Shown here: positions 27,201 through 54,455 of the stretch, in pieces
Layout: the number at the start of each line of letters is the position of its first letter
How positions within the stretch are numbered: position 1 is the first letter of the stretch
Assembly: GCA_964247055.1 (NCBI GenBank)
Contig: OZ176051.1
Span: 6,014,001 to 6,078,000, forward strand
Length of the DNA: 64,000 nucleotides
DNA from: Paragordius varius
Taxonomy: Eukaryota > Animalia > Nematomorpha
Direction of reading: 5' to 3'
The notes under the pieces: generated by a model
Databases searched by the model: none
Seen by the model: only the letters and a program-made list of their open reading frames with translations
What the model was told of the DNA's origin: nothing
Position numbers and translations under genes: made by a program

Positions 27201-28402
27201 TCTTTTTTTGGTTGGATGGATGAAACAATATTTGCTTAAAAAAATGGTAAAATTTTAAATGATTCCAAATTAGTAATATTTGTTCAATAAAAATTGGTTG
27301 CATTAAAATTTAAACATGATGTAAATAATTATATAGTAAAATCATAAACGTGGCAAAAATATTCATACCCCCTCTTTTAACATGTAATAATCGAGATTGC
27401 GATTGGATTCTAACCAAACGCCCTTTTTGTAATCATCGTTGGGCATAAAAAGACCCCATTCATGATCTAAATGCGCAAGATTTTTTTTATGTATAACAAT
27501 ATTGATTAAAGAAGTATACTATTCTTCCGTTATGTTTGAAAGAAATTGAAATTTAAGTAATCAATTATCCAGGTATACAAGATATTCATGACATTTACTA
27601 TTTTTTAAATAAAATATGAAAAAAAAGTAATAATAACCTTATACTCAATTTTTAAACTTGTTGATCAAAACACTAGACTTTATACGTTTCAAATTATGAT
27701 AAAATTAACGTCTTTAAAGCCAAAGAATGTTTTATTGATTTACCACCGCATTGCTTAAATTTTATTCAAATGAATTTGTTGATTCGTATCGTTTATTAAT
27801 ACGAATGTTATTATAGTTATGGTAATAAAAATAAAATTTTGTCAATAGTTAATTGTGAAAGCTATATTTATAAAAATGGGTCAAAACTGGTCGCATTTAA
27901 AAAAACAATTAAACATCATTAGGTATTATAATCAACAGATGTACCGATTTAATTTTTGTCTATTACCATATAAATTAAATGTTAAACTCTTTAAGTTTGC
28001 CAATATTCAAAAATCAAATTCAATTTATTTAAATCAAGAAGGCATGCTCCCTCAAATACACAATTGAATATCAAATTGGCAACAAAATTTTGATCCTTTT
28101 TTAATCGGTTTACAGCAGTGGCACTCGAGAAAAAAATAAAAGGCCGCAAAAACGATTAATTTTATTTAAAAAGCCATGAACCATACATACCGATAAAAAT
28201 TTTAGTGCTGTTTTAAACATTAGCAAATAACGATAGAAAAAATTTGTAAAAAATTTTCATTTTTACTTTGATGTTCGCGTAGATTTTCTTTGTCCCGAAT
28301 ATAATCACAAACGATAGAAACTGATAAAGATTGATCAAGGGGTATGGTTCGTGTCACGTTTCGATCCAAAAAATGGATTTTGAGATTCAAAGTTGGTGGC
28401 AT
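307..28402 (-). CDS. TLN: Talin (FERM F0-F3 head, helical-bundle rod, start of I/LWEQ/THATCH domain); 48 exons, 3'-partial (continues past window start)
   Basis: Phase-consistent GT-AG exons in transcript order: 28267-28402, 27369-27466, 26925-27054, 26340-26476, 25272-25509, 24716-24858, 22950-23077, 22482-22650, 21805-21978, 20768-20957, 20244-20364, 18821-19035, 17385-17667, 17038-17225, 16815-16966, 15790-16204, 15235-15359, 15061-15162, 14464-14560, 14270-14378, 13649-13853, 13160-13265, 12591-12735, 12006-12120, 11490-11687, 10916-11072, 10484-10596, 9624-9829, 9160-9334, 8643-8861, 7975-8244, 7765-7907, 7362-7476, 7155-7259, 6503-6788, 6098-6181, 5788-5923, 4526-4739, 4230-4292, 3599-3796, 3404-3520, 3001-3225, 2819-2929, 2297-2526, 1662-1829, 1077-1182, 913-985, 307-515. 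Sum 7,842 nt = 2,614 codons with no internal stop. Talin hallmarks: KKGVWLESNRNLDYYML, LRRKFFYSDQNIDSHDPVQLNLLYVQCRDAIIDGTHPV, LKTYGVTFFLVKEK, SFTLDFGDYQDSYYSVQT, IAGYIDIILK, AATIIAKHTSSVCNCCRLA, KELLAAAMSIEKAA, AQRELVRLGK, GQWSYGLISA. Mid-rod exon boundaries are less certain than head exons. Confidence 0.95.
4940..5395 (+). mobile_element. Highly decayed Ty3/Gypsy integrase C-terminal fragment in a talin intron
   Basis: Translates as QIFTPDEQVYMKN...IWEQTGVVSCTIK. AAACATGAGCGGATAAATT resembles the KHADQL segment near 33160. Ends RYLLRERKTPDRL*, a typical Gypsy pol end. Confidence 0.6.
9870..10076. mobile_element. Small foldback/MITE-like element made of inverted arrays of a ~21-bp unit
   Basis: Left units such as TTGAACACTTCAAGTTGGTTC; right arm GACCAACTTGAAGTGTTCAAGG; right terminus AAATGGTATATA. 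Confidence 0.6.
11348..11425. repeat. Perfect 39-bp tandem duplication
   Basis: AAGCCACCGATATAATTTTTTTGCTCAAAATGCAATATA twice. Confidence 0.9.
18150..18223 (+). tRNA. trnN-GTT: tRNA-Asn (GTT), antisense inside a talin intron
   Basis: GTCTCTGTGGCGCAATCGGTCAGCGCGTTCGGCTGTTAACCGAAAGGTTGGTGGTTCAAGCCCACCCAGGGACG (74 nt): acceptor stem GTCTCTG/CAGGGAC, anticodon loop CTGTTAA, T-loop GGTTCAAGCC. Near-identical to the canonical eukaryotic tRNA-Asn. Confidence 0.97.
18228..18236 (+). terminator. Pol III oligo-T terminator of tRNA-Asn
   Basis: T-run a few nt after the tRNA 3' end. Confidence 0.75.
18605..18772. repeat. Imperfect ~165-bp inverted repeat (MITE-like)
   Basis: TATGAGTAAGTAT (~18608) pairs with ATACTTACTCATA (~18757); inner ATATTATTGGATT pairs with AATCCAACAATAT. 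Confidence 0.55.
19240..19725 (+). mobile_element. RTE-like non-LTR retrotransposon 3' remnant in a talin intron
   Basis: Frameshifted ORF2 C-terminus: LETVSTF, IKHRISQIWNKY, VLTYGS-SWPM, IKNIRLQWTRHVERREDTHILK, GRPHTWINTITKDL. Confidence 0.8.
21240..21790. repeat. ~215-bp tandem repeat, about 2.5 diverged copies, in a talin intron
   Basis: The motif AATTAAAGATA...AATTATTGCAAGTTTAAGGC.ATTTTTCGA recurs at ~21240, ~21457 and ~21670. Confidence 0.85.
23134..24344 (-). mobile_element. Non-autonomous Helitron with internal ~520-545-bp tandem amplification
   Basis: Minus strand reads A|TCTATATATTTATAAAAATGG... at 24344 and ...CACGCTAG|T at 23134. A GC hairpin CTCG-T-GCTGC-TAC-GCAGC-C-CGAG (23145-23167) lies ~8 nt from the CTAG. 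The insertion sits between A and T. A second 5' TC end is at 23283, and repeat junctions are at ~23209, 23754 and 24269. Confidence 0.85.
25684..26033. mobile_element. Second small foldback/MITE-like element with inverted ~21-bp unit arrays
   Basis: Left units TTAAACAATTCAAATTCACCC (about four); right arm GAATTTGAATTGTTCAAGGGTGAA; right terminus AAATGGTATATA shared with the 9.9-kb copy. Confidence 0.6.
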
Positions 28403-28889
28403 TTTCTACACCCTTATATTATAAATGAATAAAAACAAAATGATATATATCAAAATTTCAAAAGTTTATCTCAAGGGTGTCATGCAGCCGGCGAAAAATT
28501 TAAAAATCAATAATTCGCAAAATGCTTGAAAAATTTTAGTAAAATTGACATTTGCTAAAGCAAATTTTTTGATTGTAAGTCATACAAAAAATTTTGTTAT
28601 ACTATATTTGCATTTTACAGTATTATGTTTGAAATTAAAGTATATATATCGACCCAAAAAGACTTTTGTGTGGAGACCCATCTTTTAAATAATTGATATA
28701 TCAGAGCAAAAAATAGCATATCTAAAATTTTTCAGAGCTCAGGTACTGAAAGTTTGAGAGATAATTCATTTATAATTAATATAAATTGAATAAGGATATT
28801 ATAATTTAAAGTTAAACATTTCCAATTAAACTTTTGTTTGAAAATATATTTAATTATAATGTTAATTGAAATTATTAAAAAAAAAAGTG

Positions 28890-28925
<36 letters not shown>

Positions 28926-31679
28926 AAATAACATTATCAATTAATTAGAAAAAATATAAATAGTTATCATGTAATGCATTAAAGACGCACACCTATACGC
29001 ATTACTCATAATCTAATTTTAAGTGTTTTTTACCGTTTTTTTATCTAAAACGATTTTTATATTTTAATAAAAAATATAAAATTGAAATAAAATAATATAG
29101 TTTATGTATGAAATAGTTATATATAAATATACGATTTAAGTACAAAGGTTAAAAATCAAAAATCAAAAAGATGCAAAAACTTGTCTTTTATAAGTCTAAA
29201 TAAGAAATATTTGATAAATCTTAATTGTATATAACTGGCCAACAAATTTTTCAGCCTTTAAAAAATCCTTTTATTTATATTGAATTCTTTAATGAAAGAC
29301 ACTGTTAATGTATAATAATATTTGATCTTGAAAATTATTTTGTCATTAAAGAAAAAATTACAAGCTCTCTTAAGGTACATATACAAAACATACAATAAAA
29401 CTCGACCGCTAAAATCTTTTTAAAGGAGCAAAAAATATAAATAAATCAAGATGTAAAAGATTTGTGATGCAAGATAAAGAATTATATAACCAGAACAAAA
29501 TTTAGCAATATATAAAAAAGACAACATCCTTTACAAAGGTTATGGTCTATTACAAAAAAATAGTAAGAGAATCTTGGTGGATTTCCAATTATTTAATTAC
29601 ATAATGTCCAAAATTATTGATTAATCCCATAAATCTTAAAGAGTTTAGATAAAAAACTTTTAAAAAACAAGGTCCCATGTATAAATATATATATAAACTT
29701 AAAACCTCGTTAAATTTGTGTACTAAAAACCTAAAACAAAGTTTAAATTTATTTCTTTTTATAAACAATGGCTATTCATCGCTATTGTTAAAACATTTTT
29801 TCGATTTTTAATTATGAAAAATATAACATTATCGTGTTAAAATAATGTAAAAATACTATATTTCATATTTCAAAAATATAAATTTATATAATATTTTTTT
29901 GTAAAAAAAAACATTATGAAAAAAAAGTAATATCCGTAAAATTTAATGCACAGGCATAATTTATAAATGGGGAGATGGGGGGAAAAATAGGCATGGCATG
30001 CAATAAAAATGAAGATTTTCCTCTTGTTTCTATTATAATGCGTGCTATTTTATAAACAAAAAAAAATAAGATAAAAAAATATTTGATCAAACAAGATGTA
30101 ATCATATAACGTCCATCCAGCCCTGTATAATTTTTTATATTGTAATGATACAAAATGTAGCATCTGCAAGAATTATGTATAATAAAAAATAATTATACTA
30201 ATTAATATTTTTGCACGATGTAATATTTTGTACGAATTTAAGTTGTTTTAAATATATTATAATAATCAAATATTTATGTAGTTTCGATCCGAATTGTTGG
30301 TCTTGCAAAAAAACAATAAAAAAATATCTAATTGCATCGGTAAAACCAAATTTTTATTAAATCCGTTGTTATTAATATAGTCAAAAAAATGGTATTATTT
30401 CATCTTTATTGATAAAGGGATAATACAAGTTTAAAAATAAATATTATAATATCAATCAATTATCAAAAATTTTATAGATAAAATGTACCTAGGGTTGAGG
30501 TTGAATCATGTTTAAGGACGAATGCATGCAATTTAAATGATTAAAGCATGCTTATCGTAGGGTTAATATATAAAAGTATATTATAATTTAAATCTCGTTA
30601 AATTTGCCTATATCTAATTATTGATTATGTTATATTGATAAAATTGTTAGTTCTTATATATAACCAATTATTTATTGGAAAAAATTTGTGTTAATATTCG
30701 TTATGAAAACATTAGGCTTTTTTAAAATCAAAATTATGAAGTTATGAAGATTTTCAGTATAATGACATTGCCATAACTTTTTGTTATATCATTCACAGTG
30801 TTATACTGTTTTATTATGGTCCAAAATATTATAGAATGGGCCTCAACATAATATATAATAACAAATTGCGCCCCCATTCTTTTGAGTTTTTGTAAAAATT
30901 ATCTCTTCCAGGAAGATTAAACTTTGGGAGCTTCTTATGAAATTAGAGCTAGATATTTTAGCATTCCATAACTTTTTTGGGTGGTTTTATATCCCAGAGT
31001 GATTTAAGATTAATATAGCTTAAATATATTTAAGGTATTAAGCGCAATTTAAAAATTTATTTCTTTTATGCGCGTTATTTAGAAAATATACAAATTTGTA
31101 AAAGAATTTTTATCTCAAACTTTTTTGACGCCATTCGTTTGCATATTTTTTTACTTGGATATAACACATTCATTTAATTCGATTGAAATTGGGGTATAGC
31201 ATATCCCAGGTCTGTTTAAAATTAAATACTTTAGATAATATTGAATGAATTGTAAACCATGGCAAAAGTTTGAACCATTTAACATTAATGAACCGAAATA
31301 TATAAAAAATTCAAAAATATTTGGTAGGATGGAAGCAAAATTTAAATTGGGACCGTTTCTCTAAGTATTTTTTTTTAGAATTTACATATAGTTGTAAGAT
31401 ACCCAAATTCAAATCGAAATTTTAAATCGCTAATGCAAGAGGCAATACAAGTATTTGTATATTATTGTTAAAAAATGTAAATAACTAACTTTAAGATAGC
31501 AGCAAAAAAATCAGCTGTTCATATCAATAGGTTGGAGCTGTCCCGATTTTAGACTCTAGAATTCCCATATCTGTAAAAATATTAACTCTCTTTATCCCAT
31601 TGAGAACGATGTTTGATAATTAAATTTGGGTAAAATAATGTCAAAACAATACTTTATTTTTGACTTACTTAAAAAATGT

Positions 31680-33412
31680 AGGGGACATGATAAAACCTTA
31701 ACGAAACCCTAGCAGGTTGCGAAAATTCGGTTTTACGTGAAGGAAAGATAAGCTGAAACTTTATCAGAACAATATTAATTTCCTGGGTTTTGAGCTATCA
31801 AAACAAGGAATTCGTCCTGAACAAAATAAAATTGACGCCATTACGAAATGTGCGACATTTACCAATAAAGCGGAGTTAAGATCGTTTTCGGAATTGAATT
31901 TCCATGAACGCTTTAGTTCAGGCTTACATGTCAAAGTTAGCAATTTACATGCATTAACAGGATCCAAAAGGGAATGGAGATGGTCACAAGAACATCAAAA
32001 TGGATTTTAGCGAGCAAAAAACTTAATATCAAGAAAATTTTTACTTGCCACTTATAACATAAATAATATGACAATAATACAAGTAAATGCGTCTACAAAA
32101 GGCTTTGGAGCTGTATTTCTGCAAATAGAAAATGAGAGAATGGGTCCAATTGCATTCGCGTCAAGAAATGCCAGAATGCAGAAAAAAATTATTCTGTGAT
32201 TGAATTGGTAACTAAAGCTTTGCTATTTGAGTTAGAAAAATTTCATTATTATATATATGGCCCAATATGTGAGGTGTGGTCAGATCATAAGCCGTTAGTT
32301 TATTTATTCGGAAATAATCGGAAGTTAAGTGATATTAAAAACTGTGAATTGTTAAGATGGATCCACAAGGCCGCCGCGTATGATTTTGATATGAAATATA
32401 TCGCGGGATCGACAAACATGGCCGATGTGTTTTCAAGACTTCCCGAGAGTCAGACACCATTAGCCAATGAAGATGAATATATAGCCGAACAAATCCGACA
32501 AATCGCATTCGTGAATATGAATTCATTATAACCCAAATAAAAAAAAGATTGTTTGGAGGATAAACTATTTGAACGATTAAGTATGGCACTTAAAAATAAT
32601 GATTGGTTATCCCGGAATTATCCGCATTCAAAGCCGTGAAAAATGATCTTAAAAAAGCTGATGGTTTCTTTTATGTCGAACTCTTTTGGTTTTCCAAGAA
32701 TGTTAATATCTGATAATGCTACTTATTTCAAATCGTTCAATTTTCGAGAAAAGATGACAAACTGGAACATTAATCATGTGACGTCTGCTCCCTATCACCC
32801 AAGGACGATTGGTTTAATGGAAAGAGTGATTTACACGTTGAAATCCAGATTTCGTTCTACGGATGATTGGCATAAGTCAAGAGGCTTTAAATAATGTATT
32901 ATTGGCCTATCGAAACTCGTGGCCAAATGAAATAAAGACGACTCCCGCATAGTTGTTTTTGAAGAGGAACATTAACACACCGTTGAATTGGTTGCAAGAT
33001 CAAGAAGTGCCAAAAGAATGTACACCACCAATACCGTTAAGAGACTTCACACCCTCACAACCAATTTTCATAAAGAATGAGATAACGAAAGGATGGCGAC
33101 CGGGAACGGTGTAAGTACATTGTCATACAAAGTAAGTGATGAAGAAGGGAAAATGAGGAAACATGCGGATCAACTGGTCTGACGGTGGGCAGAGTATAGC
33201 CCCCAGGCGTTACACAGATCGAGTCCGCAAACCTCCTAGACTTTTTTTAGAGGATGAAATGATAAGTAGTTGATATAACACAACATTGCATGATTGTCTT
33301 TTTATCTTACATCATATTATTATTATATTAAACGCTTTTGGCATATGATCGTGCGTCATTATTCGTGGAATTCTGATATAAATATTCGTAGAATAAAAGA
33401 CATATTCTTACA
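31680..33412 (+). mobile_element. Decayed, 5'-truncated Ty3/Gypsy LTR retrotransposon (RT C-terminus, RNase H, integrase core, 3' LTR)
   Basis: Frameshifted pol: INFLGFELSKQGIRPEQNKIDAI, ASTKGFGAVFLQ...PIAFASR, VWSDHKPLVYLF...YIAGSTNMADVFSRLP (32196-32531), FGFPRMLISDNATYF...SAPYHPRTIGLMER (32643-32894), RKHADQL. The integrase zinc-finger region appears deleted. Confidence 0.93.
33260..33412 (+). repeat. 3' LTR of the Gypsy remnant
   Basis: TGATAAG...CTTACA inverted termini, preceded by the purine-rich tract AGAGGATGAAA and containing AATAAA near 33392. No partner 5' LTR seen. Confidence 0.65.
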
Positions 33413-33917
33413 ATTGTGACGCACATTCATGTTTATATTATAACTAATAAAATGTATGCATGTGTTTTTAGAAAAGTATAATTATCACAACAATTTTAAT
33501 AAATCGACATTATTTTAATTTGACGATAATTTAATAAATTTGTAGATTTCTGGGATATAACCACCCCTATATATCAACTAGAACAAAAATGTGAATAGAT
33601 AAGGTTTTTAGATTGAAGCGTTTCCATTTAAAAATTATTCGCCATCGTGCATCGATTCTGTAATTTAAATGAACAATTTATATAAGAATGGTATAATTTT
33701 TTAATTTCGTTTCTCGGGCTAACTGGATTCCCTTAGCCAACTCTATCTTAAATATTATTAAAAATGAAGGAAACCGGTAGTTCCAATAACTCTATCTTGG
33801 ATAAAGCCAAAATTTAAAATAGTTTAAAAAAAACTTTGATATCAATTTATTTTGGCGCATTTTTATTTAACAACTAGCAAATAATCGTTTCATACAAATT
33901 TTACCGCTAAATATAGA

Positions 33918-34119
33918 TCAGGGAACCGGGTCGAAAGAATATGAGAAATGGAGCTCGCCGTTCCTAATAATAACTTAAAAATGGAATCGGTATGGTTTTA
34001 AAAATTTGGAACCGGAACCATGGTTCCTGAGCAAGTAAAACCGGAACGGTCGTTTCCTAAAAATATAACGGTTATAAAACCGGTTCCTTATTTTAAAACG
34101 GATTGATTTTAATTCCTGA
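33918..34119. mobile_element. ~200-bp GC-enriched MITE-like element rich in GGAACCGG/CCGGTTCC motifs
   Basis: TCAGGGA...TTCCTGA ends and multiple internal GGAACC/GGTTCC inverted motifs. A related motif cluster lies at ~57500-57575. Confidence 0.4.
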
Positions 34120-34199
34120 CTTTGTTTAAATGTTTTCATATAACACACTCATTATAATGAAACGTATATTACACAGTGTGTACAAAAAATATTTTGTTG

Positions 34200-34237
<38 letters not shown>

Positions 34238-36378
34238 TGACAGAAAAATGTATCAGGATTATCAAAGTACTTTTGGTATTAAGAAAGTTATTTATCCGCA
34301 TTGTGATAAGTCTATATCAGAAATTCTCAAAATTTGAGCACCTTTTATTAAACATTCTGGGCAAAATTTAGATACCAAAAATTATCACTAAAATATATCA
34401 TAAACTACAAAAATACAAAACAATATTATCAAGAGAAATTTATTTTAGATGCGGCTCCTAACGTCCCATTTTCGCTCTCTAAAATGGGCTGGTTCTCCTA
34501 AATAAACGCAAAATGCCGGCGCGATGAAAATTAATAATATCTGCAATATTTGGATATCAACTAAATATTTTGTCAAAAATTTAATTTTTAGCATATTGCT
34601 GAAGCGTTCATATTTGGAGGCATGAACGGTATAAATGCTTAACGATAATAAAAAACCTTGCTTCTACATCAATGATGCTGAACATTTACTTCAATATTTT
34701 AATTCAAAGGGTAATTTGCTATGCATTTTTGGTGAATTTTACATATTTGAAGATGAACCCATATTTTAATCAAAAATTCTGAAGCGATAAAAATAATCAT
34801 CGATTATGTAAAAAAGCATTTCTAAAATATCTTTAAGCGTTTTTATACCGTTTCCATTATGCTTCAAAAAGTCTATGGTTTTTGGCATTGATTAACAATA
34901 TTACTAATTAATGAACTTTTCACATTTTTGCTCGCGATGACATTGTAATTTGGTTTTATTAAAGCTCAATTTTGTGAAGATAAGACTGTTTTGCAAGTTA
35001 TTTTATTAAAGTTTAATTAACAAGCATTGTTTGTTTTAGATATAAAAGTTTATATTTTTTACAGTTTTGTCAGTTCTAAAGCCTGCAATTGTAAAAGCTC
35101 CAAAACACGATCGAAATAAACAGGTGGTATATATCAAATTTTCGCTGGTGAAATGCAACCTAAAAAATTACTCAAGTTCAATTTACATTAATTTATAATA
35201 AATATTTATTTGCCTATATTAACTATTTAAAAAAATGGCACGGGTTTGAGATGTTATTATTATTTAGAATTTTACATATTTTTAAAAAAAAATACTAAAA
35301 GAGAACACATATTTTTAAATTCGGCCTAATATCTCAAATACATTTTATGCCATTCAATTTATATATGGCCCTGATAAAAAACCCTAAAAGGTCATGAAGT
35401 GAAAACACACGTTATAAGCAAATTATTTTCGCTTGTGGCAAATTTGTAAAATATATTATCTCTATTAAAAAGATTTAATTTTCTCACTTACTATATCCCA
35501 TGGCTGCTATAAAACCTAAAAGTTTGTTAACCCAATGCAATACATGTTTTTGGCACCGTAACTTGTTAAATATTAGGATTTTTTTATAATTATTATTATG
35601 GATGTGTTATTATGTTGATTTCATAGTTTATGAATGTTAATCGCAAACATCACAAATTAACACTGGAACATTTCGATTAAGTTATACCTAAAAGCACTAA
35701 TCTTGGATTTAAATAAGCAAAATGGAATGCTTTAATTTCTTTAAATATGAACAGAAAATACGTCATTCATCTTGCACTATTAATTGCAGAAACTATCAAA
35801 AAATACAGGTATAAATTTTATATTCACCGTTTATTGAAATAAATAAGCTAAACTATCGAAAATGGGATATAAATAATATTAATAAATAAAATTTGATTAA
35901 ATTTACCACACAAATGAGATAATGTTCTAAGCGAAATTAGAAATGAAAATAATGCATACATATATATATATATATATCTAATACATAATATTTCTAAGTT
36001 TTTTTTTATACTGGGCATATGTAAAAATCATTAAAATATATATAAAGATGCAAGAGCAGTCATTGTTATAAATAAAAATAATTGATATTTACGATAGAAA
36101 TTGAGTATATAATTCATAGGGTTATAAGTTTGTTGTTAGGGATCGGTGGTATACAAGAAGTAAGGCTTGAGCTAATTATTATACACAAACAGGGAGAGTA
36201 TGGACGTAAATGGGAAAAAAGCATTCAATTATAATTTGTGATACATTTGCTATTACAACAGATTAGCAAGAATGAGCTCAGAATAAATGTATATGTGCTA
36301 AGTAATAATAAATACATATATTCATTATGGTCATATCATAAAAGAAGAGTTTTTTGTTCTTTTCAAAAAAACTTGCGT

Positions 36379-51192
<14,814 letters not shown>

Positions 51193-51690
51193 AAAACTTA
51201 GTTATACCATCCCTATCTGTTGTTTGGGTAAACTAGAAAAAATGCGCATATGACTTTAACAAACACTTTATTCAAATGAAATTTCCAAAAACAAAATCTA
51301 ATGTGTTCAATTTGAAATGAATTTAACCAATAATATTTGTTACATTAATTTTAATAAAGTTTAAGAGTCTGCGGATTATATTTTAGAACGGCAAAAAGAA
51401 ACAAATCTACACATTAAAATAATTTTTTTTGATTATACAAAAAATTAAATTATAATAGTCACCAAATAATATATATGTTATCTATAATTCCAAAACATTT
51501 TTAGTTTTTCTTTCATAATAAGTGATGGACCAAAATATATTTAAAAACGATGTACATAGGGCCATAGTAATATCTGACTTATGTGTTACAAAATAAAAAA
51601 ATTAAACTATAGTATGGATTGTTAATCCTAGGATTCTAATGACTATATCACTGTTCGCCAAATCGAGGGTGCATAAAAATATACCAAACA

Positions 51691-51882
51691 TTATTTCGGT
51701 AGAAAATGGATCAGGATAGTGATGATGCTTTCGGTATAGTGCTTAAGAATGATGGTAGCAACAGCTTTATCATCGTTTTTACTTAATAATTTTTGGAGGG
51801 GGATTCTAAATATTCCAAAAAATACCATTAATATATACACAAAGCCGACAAAAATTATGATGAAATTTTTCAGGACTTTCAT
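51691..51882 (-). other. 63-aa small ORF with an N-terminal hydrophobic segment, upstream of the kinesin start
   Basis: MKVLKNFIIIFVGFVYILMVFFGIFRIPLQKLL...: ATG start, signal-anchor-like. Could be chance in AT-rich DNA. Confidence 0.25.
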
Positions 51883-52689
51883 AGTCTTTTTGGTTTTGGC
51901 CCTTACAAGTGATTTATATTAACTTGAGGAATCTACTCCATATCTGAAATAGAAAAATATGTACACAATTTATTGATTAAAGTTACTTAGTGTAAAAACT
52001 AGCTGCTTCATTAAAAACAAACACTAAAAATTACAATGAACATATAAAGATCAAAACAATAATTTTATACAATGTTATTATTTATTTATTCAAAAAGAAG
52101 ACGTTCTCCCAAAATAAAGGCGAAAGAGCTTTTTACAATTTTATATTTTTGAAAAAAAAAAGAAACATGCGCCGAAAAGACAAGAAAGCATGTTTAATTT
52201 GGACCAATATATTAGATTTAAAAAGTGGACTAATTTATATGGCTTATAGTATATTTCAATGAAAGTTTTGGAATGAAGCATTTTTACAGAAATATTTTTT
52301 TAAACATGTGCGGGAATTTGCAATTTTCCAATAAGCAATCACCACCAATTATTTAAATCACAAAATCCAAAGAAATCCATTGAATCCTGAAACATATCCC
52401 TATTAGAAAAAATATATTTTATCAAATATTTTGTTGGGCCCTGTTTTATTATGTTTTTACTTTTTTTAAACGCATATTTTTGGGGGTATTTTGAAAGAGG
52501 TACGTCATATATCAAATTTATTTTGACTAAATAATTTAATGTGCAATTTCTCCACTATGATTGCTTTATTAAAATATGAATAAAAATATGGTCAATTTTT
52601 TACATTTTAACTTTTAAATCCTAAACTTTGGGCAGCATCCAATTCAAACAAACAACTGATTAAGTCAATAATTACATTAACACTTGGAT

Positions 52690-52760
52690 TCAACACATTC
52701 ATTTTAGTCCTTCGATTCAAATTGGGGTAGTTGGATACCCCAGGCCTTTGTAAAGCAAAT
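52690..52760 (-). repeat. Dispersed repeat family X copy (inverted relative to the 54340 copy)
   Basis: AACACATTC...TTCGATTCAAATTGGGGTA...ATACCCCAGG. A same-orientation copy is at ~31160-31215. Confidence 0.7.
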
Positions 52761-54339
52761 AATTTACTAAACACCTATTGTTTTTAAGTCATATCGCTTA
52801 TTTTATATTTATTGATGGCTAATTAACTAAATACAACAGGAAAATTACATATTAATTCAAGTCTCTACATGCTTCAGACAATTGATTTACAAATATCTAT
52901 TATTTATGTCTCGCATCGCCATAATAGAAAGAAAAAATCTTTGAAAGTAAGTTTTTCTAATTCATAGGCTTATAAAGACATACACTTGAATATCCTTATA
53001 TAGGATATTGGAGAGTTATTCTCGAGAAGAAACTATAAAATTAGTCCTATAAATTTTGTAAAGAGACTTGCTTAAATTGAAAACATTCCACGTACTTTCT
53101 GAAGATTTAGGTTTACTATAATAGTATTAATATCATGAAGGAACAGAATCATATACACCAAGATGGTTTTGTCAACAGGTCATCAAAATTTATATAAATC
53201 TTGATCTCCCAGAATAGTTCTACCGAATAATTTTATATTTGATGCTTTATATCTAATCATGTATTTTTATTTATTCTACGTCAAAATAAATAAAAACTTG
53301 CTTTTTGCCTGTTAGAAGTAAATCGTTTATTATTGGATCAGTGAAACTTATCGCGGCCCGGGCACCTCTATTTTAATCAATTATTAGATTATTTTTTTGT
53401 GATTGTTTAAAAAATAATGCTAATTTCTCATTTTTAAACCCTTCAAAATTTATGTCGTTTAATAGGTATTTAGTTAAATTTGATCCAAGTATTTAATTTT
53501 CTAAAGCGATCTTGTTTTGTCAGCTTGGATCAAAGCACATTAAAATAAATTATTTTTAATGAGATTTGTCAAGAAGGATAATCACAACGGATTCCAATTA
53601 AGCATTGATCGATAAATATAGTATAAAAAAATCTTATTTCCAAATAATTTATTTAGATTATTTTCACAGTTTGTGCAAACAAATTAAGAGGATCGCAATA
53701 AATAATTGTTTTTCTGTTGACATGCTTGGCAAAATCTTACAGATTTTTTATGAACAGATCTTCGACGCAAATAGCACCTTGTAGAATATATAAGTATATA
53801 TATACCTTTGGCACATTAATATATTGCAAACCGTTATAAAGCCAAAAAAGATTATTTAAGGGACCATGTATGATTTGCGCAAGCCCATAGCAATCAAGAT
53901 ACCTAAATTTGTATATAGAAAATATACCTAAAAAGGCATCAAATCAAATTTTTTACGTCATAGTTTATGTTAAATGTTGTAAGTGGGTCCTAGATAATTG
54001 ATTTCAGCCCGGGGATAAAACGAATTATATTGGATTGCTAGATTTTCCATTACAATATAAACTAAATAAAATAATTTTATACCTGACTTTGAAGATTAGG
54101 AGTCATCCACATTATAATCTCTGCTACTATCAAAATTATCTGAATAACCTTCCAAAACAACAAAATAAGTGCTTCGTAACGGAAAATACTTTAAATGATG
54201 TGTTTACAGGAGGTGGGATTGTGCATCCAAGTAAAAAATTCAAAAATAATTCTGGCGCCAACCAATTCGAGATGAGAATTTTTTTTCAAAACTAAATTTC
54301 ACTAAGTTTTTTTGGTTTAATTATATAATTTTTATAAAG

Positions 54340-54455
54340 ATAGAAGCATAAATTTAAATTAGGACTATTCTATTGGGTAGTTTTTTAAAAACACTAATTT
54401 GAAAAGGGTCTGGGGTATTTAGATACCCCAATTTGAATCGAAGTGTTAAATGTGT
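54340..54455 (+). repeat. Dispersed repeat family X copy
   Basis: AGAAGCATAAATTTAAATT.GGAC...CTGGGGTATTTAGATACCCCAATTTGAATCGAAGTGTTA. Further copies at ~31335-31430 and ~63260-63360. Confidence 0.75.
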
